This document shows positions 22,080-28,765 of a stretch of DNA of 28,765 nt, in pieces. The position numbers and the translations under genes are program-made. How positions within the stretch are numbered: the first letter of the stretch is position 1; each line of letters opens with the position of its first letter. The notes beneath the pieces were generated by a model, which did not search any database, was not told the origin of the DNA, and was given only the letters and a program-made list of their open reading frames with translations. The stretch comes from Octopus sinensis (taxonomy: Eukaryota): assembly GCF_006345805.1 (NCBI RefSeq), contig NW_021833555.1, positions 1 through 28,765 of the forward strand, read 5' to 3'.

Positions 22080-22454
22080 CATCGTCTGTGAGTATGAAAT
22101 CTCTCCTCATATCTCCAGAAATCAAACCTACTTCATATGGATGGATTTACATTTTCATTTTCTGTGAAACTGACAGGTTTTTAAAAATACTTATTTAAGA
22201 CCGGTTATATGACTGTGCAACATTAGAGAACTTTGGAAGTCTCTTTATTATCTAAATCTGATTTTTATAGAACTATCCCTGATGTTTCATGAGTGTAGCC
22301 TCACACCCTTAGATGTTTGGAGAACTCAGATGTGTTTTCGGCTGATGAGTACGGGTCACTTGTATTTGCTGCAATATTTTCAGCCTTAATAAAGCTGGTC
22401 TTCGTATGAACAATTGTACCGAAATACTGATCCATTTTTGTTGCTTTTTTCTTA
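22077..22454 (+). mobile_element. Hammerhead-bearing Penelope-like short repeat between (TA)n tracts
   Basis: Bounded by TA runs; its 3' 70 bp are homologous to 5521-5594. Confidence 0.65.
22336..22424 (+). ncRNA. Type I hammerhead ribozyme motif with a 1-nt deletion in the GAAA box
   Basis: tttcgg-CTGATGA(22342-48)-gtacg...cgtat-GAA-C-AATT-GTA-ccgaaa. Helix I is 6 bp; the helix II insert is 59 nt. Confidence 0.7.
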
Positions 22455-22489
22455 TATATATATATATATATATAATATATATATATATA

Positions 22490-22550
<61 letters not shown>

Positions 22551-22672
22551 GTGTGTGTGTGTGGTGTGGTGTGTGTGTGTGTGTGTGTGTGTATCGATGT
22601 ATATATGTAAGTACATACAGAGGGAGAGTGTGAGGTAGATAGATATATAGACAGGCAGACAGATAGAGAGAA

Positions 22673-22734
<62 letters not shown>

Positions 22735-22750
22735 GAATAGATAGATAGAT
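22455..22750. repeat. (TA)n/(TG)n/(AGAT)n microsatellite cluster
   Basis: Direct. Confidence 0.95.
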
Positions 22751-23038
22751 AGGCATGCACATATATCACATATATTTACATAATACACCTACTCACATAA
22801 ACAGATGTTTCCATGTATGTACGCACGTATGTATGTACGTATACATGTATGTGTGTGTACTAGTATACCCGTGATGTCAATACGTATTCTGTATATTTCT
22901 CATGGTGTTACTGCAGCATATCATATAATACAAGATCTTTAGTGTTCACTTCACAAATGTAATATTTTTTTGTCTGTAATACATATAGAAAACAATTTTA
23001 CGTATGTCGTCATATTATCACACTAAGACAAATGGCCT

Positions 23039-23314
23039 GCCAGTTGAGCCGATCAACGGAACACCCTGCTCATCAAATTAACGTGCAAGTGGTTGAGAAC
23101 TCCAAAGACACGTGTTCTTTTAATATTGGGAAGATTCCGCGTGACACATTGTGACATGGTATTGAATTAGAGGCATCACATATTTTCACCTCCTGAGTGG
23201 TCTGGACCCACGTAAATTTAAATTAATTTCTTAAGGACACAACGCACCGTCGGGAACCAAACTCACAGCCTTACGATTGTGAGCCAAATAGCCTAACCAC
23301 TAAGCCATGCGTTT
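23039..23314 (-). mobile_element. CORE-type tRNA SINE with tail type 2, diverged
   Basis: Colinear with 17342-17590 and 18760-18900. Confidence 0.8.
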
Positions 23315-23339
23315 TCACTCTTACGTCATATGTGACATT

Positions 23340-23460
23340 TCAAAGTGCTTAGCAGCATTTCGTCCTTCTTTCCATTCAAATTCCTCCGAAGTCGACTTTG
23401 CCTTTCATCCTTTCAGGATCGATAAAATAAGTACTAGTTGAGCAACTGGATCGATGGCCT
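23340..23460 (+). mobile_element. SINE family C fragment
   Basis: tgcttagcagcatttcgtc...ccgaagtcgactttgcctttcatcctttcaggatcgataaaataagtac. Confidence 0.75.
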
Positions 23461-23529
23461 TCAGCCAAAATTTGTATACAATGTCATTATTTCATGTCCT
23501 AAAAATATAAAGCTGCTATGAAAAAATAT

Positions 23530-23781
23530 GTGGTCGAGGGATCGCGGGTTCGAATCTCAGACCGGACGATGTGTGTGTTTATGAGCGAAACACCTAAGCT
23601 CCACGCGAAACTTCTGCTGACTCTTTCGCCACAACTTTCTCTCACTCTTTCCTCCTGCATCTTGCAGCTCACCTGCGGCAGACCGGCGTCCCATCCAGGT
23701 GGGGAACCTATACGCCAAAGAAAGCGGGAAACCGGCCCTTATGAGCCAGGCATGACTTGAGAAGGAACAAACAAACAAAAC
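23530..23781 (+). mobile_element. SINE family B, tail type 1, 5'-truncated, 12-bp TSD
   Basis: Homologous to 16260-16530 with an internal deletion. TSD atgaaaaaatat at 23518-29 / 23782-93. Confidence 0.9.
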
Positions 23782-23793
23782 ATGAAAAAATAT

Positions 23794-24270
23794 ACATTGT
23801 CGTATGACTCAAAGAAAGATAATGATAAATATGATAGAGTTGACAATTCTCGGAGAAGTGAACGATCCACTGTTTCAACTCCGTGGTTGCAGTATGGTGT
23901 AGACACTTTGAGCCTCCAGCATTTATCATCATATTGGAATTGATAGTTCCGGGTAATAAGCTCTGATTTTGAGCAGCCAAGTAAAGCCTTCACTCTTTGC
24001 CTTTAGCCCTGAGCTCCGTATCCACTGATGGTGTGCTTCTGGTCTACATCAGCTTCTTTGCTATGGGTCACATATTTGCCAAGAAGAGTTTTTGTTCCGA
24101 CCTATTGCTTTGCTGTCGATTTCACCGTCTTTGCAACTACGGTTGCTGCACATCCATCACGCTGTTCACCCTCAGTATCACGCGTAAACTCACTTGAAAA
24201 TGTTTTGCTCTCCTTCATAACAGAATGATGCTTCTTCCATTTTTCATGGTTTTCAACGTGCTTTAGCATC
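23794..24270 (-). mobile_element. R4/Dong-like retroelement internal fragment (older subfamily)
   Basis: Minus strand, with frameshifts: GKYVTHSKEADVDQK..HQWIRSSGLKAKSEGF.LAAQNQSL.TRNYQ...YCNHGVETVD; homologous to 25200-25400. Confidence 0.8.
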
Positions 24271-24281
24271 AAATTATTATT

Positions 24282-24490
24282 AAAGCAGTGAGTTAGTAGA
24301 ATCGTTAGCACACTGGGAAAAATGCTTAGTGGCATTTCGATCGTGACTCCTTTCTGAGTTCAAATTCCGCTGAGGTTGACTTTGCCTTACGGGGTCGATA
24401 ACTTAAGTACCAGTGAAACATTGGGATTGATGTAATCGACAACCCCCTCCCACCAAATTTCAGGCCTTGTGCCTTTAGTAAAAATATTGT
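24282..24490 (+). mobile_element. SINE family C with (TAT)n tail
   Basis: Colinear with 11064-11290. Confidence 0.85.
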
Positions 24491-24504
24491 TATTATTATT
24501 ATTA

Positions 24505-24544
<40 letters not shown>

Positions 24545-24545
<1 letters not shown>

Positions 24546-26033
24546 TGTATTTTTATTTTTATAGCGTGCTTTCACTTCACTACCGAGCGCAGCTCTGTGT
24601 GCCTTAGGTATGTGCTGTGTTTGTTTGTGATGCTGTGATGGTTATTGTATGGAAAGTGTTCTGCGTAGGATGTGTGTAGTGCCTAGTAGTGCAATTTTCT
24701 GTATGTTATATTTGTTGTAAGTCCTGGTGTGTTTTGTTATGTATTGTCTGAATTTTTTTATCATGCCTAATGCACCTATTATGATAGGAATTGTTTCTGT
24801 TTTTAGATTCCACATTCTGGTTACCTCTATTTCCAGGTCTTTGTATTTGAAAGTTTCTCCATTTCTTTTAGAGTCACGTTGTCATCTGCCGGTATTGATA
24901 AATCAATAGAAAGCATTTTTTTCTTCATGATCTCTGACAACTATATCTGTCTGTTGGCCTGAATTTCTCTATCTGTGTGTATCAGCATATCCCAGAGTAT
25001 GGTTGCTTTTTTTTCGTTTTTCTGGACTTTTACGGTGTGTGCCTATATCATCTTTTTTCTGTGTTTTTATTCCATAATGTTGGCATAGCTTCCAGTGTAT
25101 GTAGGTTCCAACTCTGTCATGTCTGTGAATATATTCCTTCTTAGCCAGGATTGGGCAGCCAGAGATAATATGATTATTGTTTCTTGTCCATCTCCACATA
25201 TTCTGGAGTTACTTGTTATTTTCTTTTATTACATGTTTTTGTAATTTCTGGTGGGGAGGCTTTGGTCTTGTGCTGCAATTAAAAATCCCTCTGTCTCTGC
25301 TTTGAGTCCTGAGCTTCTCAACCATTGCTGGGTTTGTCTTTGTCTATTTCTTTTGCGTTTAGTTTAGTCCAGTATTTACCATGCAGGGGCTTTTCTTGCC
25401 ATCGTTTTAATCATGGTTCGTTGCTGTTCTATTTTTAGTTTGGATTTCATTTGTTTATAGCTTTTGTTGTTCTTCATCTTCTTCTTCTTCTTCTTCTTCT
25501 TCTCTTCATATCATTAGGTGGTATGATTTCTTGTTTGTATTTGTCAGCTTCCTTAAATACTGAGAACAGTTTTTTGTTTTGGCTCGTGTTTTGCCGCTAT
25601 TGTATCAGTTTTCCTTCCTTCTGAAGTAAATATTTTTGCAGTCCTATGTGGTTATTTTATAGTAGTTTTCCAGCTGTATAAGGCCCTACCCCCTTCTATA
25701 CGTTGTATATATAGTCTTTCTATGTCAGATTTGGGTGATGCATCCTAGATCCTGTCATTATTTTTCTTGTTTTCTATCAATTTTTGGTCATTTCATTTAG
25801 TGTCCAGTTAAGGATATTGTAGCTGTAACTTATAACTAGGACAGCTAAAGTGTTAATACCTATTATCTTTTTTTAGCATTGAGCTCTGTTTTTAGTTTTG
25901 ATCTAACTCGTCTATAATATTCTTTTTTATCTTCTGTTTCATTTGTGTGTGTTGTGTCTTATCTAGTTCAGGGATTCCTAAGTATTTGTAAGTTTGGCTT
26001 TGCTAATTCTTTTATTCATTGGTTTTTTCTAGT
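24545..26033 (-). mobile_element. R4/Dong-like non-LTR retrotransposon, 5'-truncated, frameshifted, inserted in (TAA)n
   Basis: Minus translation gives RT end YKYLG...RMHHPKSDIERLYIQRIEGGR, then LRSSGLKAETEGFLIAAQDQSL, zinc knuckle ..HIISGCPILAKKEYIHRHD, and RLE C-terminus KYKDLEIE..PIIIGALG..IQKIALLGTTHILRRTLSIQ* (stop 24642-44). Confidence 0.92.
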
Positions 26034-26061
26034 ATTGTTATTATTATTATTATGATTATTA

Positions 26062-26106
<45 letters not shown>

Positions 26107-26179
26107 TATTATTATTATTTATTATAATCATCATCATTATTATTATTATAGAGCAAGAATCGTTATTCTTGGTTTAAGA

Positions 26180-26382
26180 TTCACAGAATCGCTAGCAAAC
26201 CGGGCGAACTGCTCAGACTATTTCGTCTATCTTTAGGTTCTGGGTTCAAATTCCGCGGACGTCGATATTGCGGTTCATCCCTCGGGGTCGATAAATTAAG
26301 TACTAGTGAAACACTGGGATCGTTGTAATCGACTAGACTCCTTCCCACAAATTTGAGGCCTTGCGACTCCAGCAGGAAGATT
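26180..26382 (+). mobile_element. SINE family C with (TAT)n tail
   Basis: cagaatcgctagc...gggttcaaattccg...ggggtcgataaattaagtac...ggccttg. Confidence 0.85.
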
Positions 26383-26393
26383 TATTATTATCA

Positions 26394-26428
<35 letters not shown>

Positions 26429-26469
26429 TTTTTTTTTTTTTATTATTATTATTGTTATTATTGTTATTA

Positions 26470-26555
<86 letters not shown>

Positions 26556-26558
<3 letters not shown>

Positions 26559-27630
26559 TAGTTTTATTTTTATTTTTATAGCGTGCTTAAACTTCACTAC
26601 CGAGCGCAGCTCTGTGTGCCTTGGGTATGTGCTGTGATTTGTTGTGATGCTCTGATGGTTATTGTATGGAAAGTGCTCTGCGTAGGATGTGTGCAGTGCC
26701 TAGTAGTGGCAATTTTCTGTATGTTATATGTGTTTGTAAGTTATGGTGTTTTTGTTATGTAATGTTGTCGTTTGTCTTCGTGTTTTACAGTTTCAGTGTT
26801 TATATTATTGGGCATTGTTGTGTGCTTCTATCTACATTTCCTGGTGAATGATTTTCTTTAGGTGTTCTATTTCTATTTCTGAATATTTTTTTGTGTTGAG
26901 AATGTATCTTCGTACGTTAGCTAATTATTAGGGTTCATTGCTGTATCCAAGTCTAAATCTCTATTATTTTCCTTCCATATTTTATATGTATGTGTTGTAT
27001 TTCATTTCATTTTTTGGGTAGAGTACTGCTGTGAAGTATGCGGTAAGATAGAAATGTATTCCTCACGTGTCCATTTACGTCTTTTGGGTTTTATTTTGCG
27101 GGACATGAGGTACAACGTCCGGCCCATTATTTTGACGGTCGTCATTTTCGTAGGGTACCGGGTCCGTTTATTCTGTTGTCACATTATTTCGCACGTGTAG
27201 TTTTTTCGTACATTTTTTGTTGTAGGTTTAATGTACGTACCGCTTCGATTGTTATTCTTGGGTTGAATAGTATCGTGGCATTTAATTTCTTCGTAGTTTC
27301 TTTGTACATGGTGTTGGGGGGTCGGAGATGATCGTGATGTTTCACGCATGTTTACATGTGTTTCGTAGAGGTGGAGATGATATCGAGTCAAAATACATCA
27401 TTTCGTTTCGAAAATAGTAATAAATTTCAATTTGTATTACTTACTCGGATACAGTCCAATTCTTTGTTAGTAAAACTTTGGCTCCATAGGATGTCCTTGT
27501 TTTCGATGTTTGTGGTTAGGTTTCGGAGCTCTGAATTTTCCTTCTTACATCTTAAAAGTCCCCCGGTGTTCCTCTCAGTCCTCCGGTGTTCCTCTAGTAC
27601 CCCGGTGTTCCTCTTGCCCCCCCCCCGGTG
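26556..27630 (-). mobile_element. Internally deleted R4/Dong-like element (putative 5' region fused to 3' end)
   Basis: 26556-26761 is a close paralog of 24545-24743. 26762-27630 is different and encodes PKRRKWTREEYISIL..TYKIWKENN..LANVRRYI. Flanked by (TAT)n. Confidence 0.75.
27558..27630. repeat. About 20-bp tandem repeat (core ccggtgttcctct) x3.5 at the element 5' end
   Basis: Cores at 27563, 27583 and 27602; partial copy at 27625. Confidence 0.9.
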
Positions 27631-27677
27631 TATTATTATTATTATTATTATTGGTATTATTGTTATTATTGTTATAG

Positions 27678-27734
<57 letters not shown>

Positions 27735-27736
27735 GA

Positions 27737-27909
27737 TTTTATTCTATTTTGACTTTTGCTTTACATTTGCACAATCTGGCTCCAAGTCTTACCCAGAGAC
27801 CTCAAAGACAACAAGTTGGAAATTCATGTTGGTGTTATGCCTAGGGTGCCATATATTTGGTTTTGTACTTAGTGTTGTAAGTGAATGCCTAAAAAACATA
27901 CGAAAATTA

Positions 27910-27910
<1 letters not shown>
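27737..27910 (-). mobile_element. Probable 3' UTR stub of another (TAA)n-targeting retroelement
   Basis: Short complex block bounded by (TAT)n. Minus strand gaggtctctgggtaagacttgg resembles R4/Dong 3' UTRs (recognition only). Confidence 0.5.
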
Positions 27911-27943
<33 letters not shown>

Positions 27944-28765
27944 GTTGTTGTTGTTGTTCCATTGACAAATGTAACCTCGATTGGACCTACTAAGAAAACA
28001 AACGCAAGAAACACCTGACCACACCTTCTCTTCTCCGAGTCAGTGAACACATTAACCGAATGCCTTCATAGCCAACCATTCTTTCATTTCGTTCCTATTT
28101 TAACCATCGCTTTATCGTTTTTATATAGTAAAGGAGCGTTCAGCGACCGACATTTTATGGTAGTACCTTCTCGTAATTCACCTAATCAGCATTCTGTATA
28201 TTTATTTGTTATTTTTTTGTTTTGTTTCTATTTGTACTTTGCTGACGTTTTTGCTTCTTTTAATTTTTGTGTCTTTGTATTAACCCGTTCATCTATTTCA
28301 TACTGCGTTCTCTATTATAATCCAATGATTTACTTATAAATGTTATATAGATGAATTAAAGATTTAAAAGGTATTTATACAGAGCAATCGTTACTAAAAT
28401 AACTAATTGATTTTTTTTATTCTACTTTTATTCATCCATTTATATATGTATTTATTTATTTTGAAACATTGATTGAGATTTACTGACTCGTAAACACTTA
28501 GACGTCAGTAATAAATAACTAGGATACAAAAAAAAAAAAAAAAAAACCCAGCGTAACCTGCGAATAGATACATGTGTATAGAAGTCGTAAACGATATATT
28601 TAATAAACATACGTTAAGTTTGCGTGAAAACAAAACCCGCGTTTAGGTTTCAGGAACTTCGCCAGCTAGGAATGTGCTTAGACTCAAACAGCTTTCTCTC
28701 CAGAGACTTTATTTACTGAAATGCTAATATTGTACAGTTTACGTATGTATGTATGTATGTATGTA

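Noticed and set aside
27510-27585. Possible ribozyme at the 5' end of the Dong-like derivative (CTGAGAG...GAAAC on minus)
   Set aside because: Does not fit CUGANGA; no helix III/UH and no HDV-like fold identified by eye.
27558-27630. Short spaced direct repeats resembling CRISPR
   Set aside because: Spacers are only 6-10 nt, the context is eukaryotic, and there are no cas genes.

Overview
AT-rich, repeat-saturated eukaryotic non-coding DNA, either intronic or intergenic. The tRNA-derived SINE set and the microsatellite load strongly resemble an Octopus (cephalopod) genome; this is inferred from recognition, not from a search. No intact host protein-coding gene is supported, and almost every ORF in the track is a translation of a microsatellite or SINE. 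Contents: (i) about 20 SINE copies from several modular families; (ii) decayed RTE-clade LINE fragments; (iii) several R4/Dong-like restriction-like-endonuclease retroelements sitting antisense in (TAT)n tracts, including an internally deleted 5'+3' derivative; (iv) a deleted DD37D (maT-type) Tc1/mariner element; (v) a 410-bp MITE carrying (TTAGGG)4; (vi) short non-coding, (TA)n-embedded, Penelope-like terminal-repeat elements. Group (vi) is the most interesting. It carries four type I hammerhead-ribozyme motifs (CTGANGA...GAAAC-palindrome-GTH), three with unusually long helix II, and shows fold-back inversions, two of whose junctions fall inside the ribozyme.
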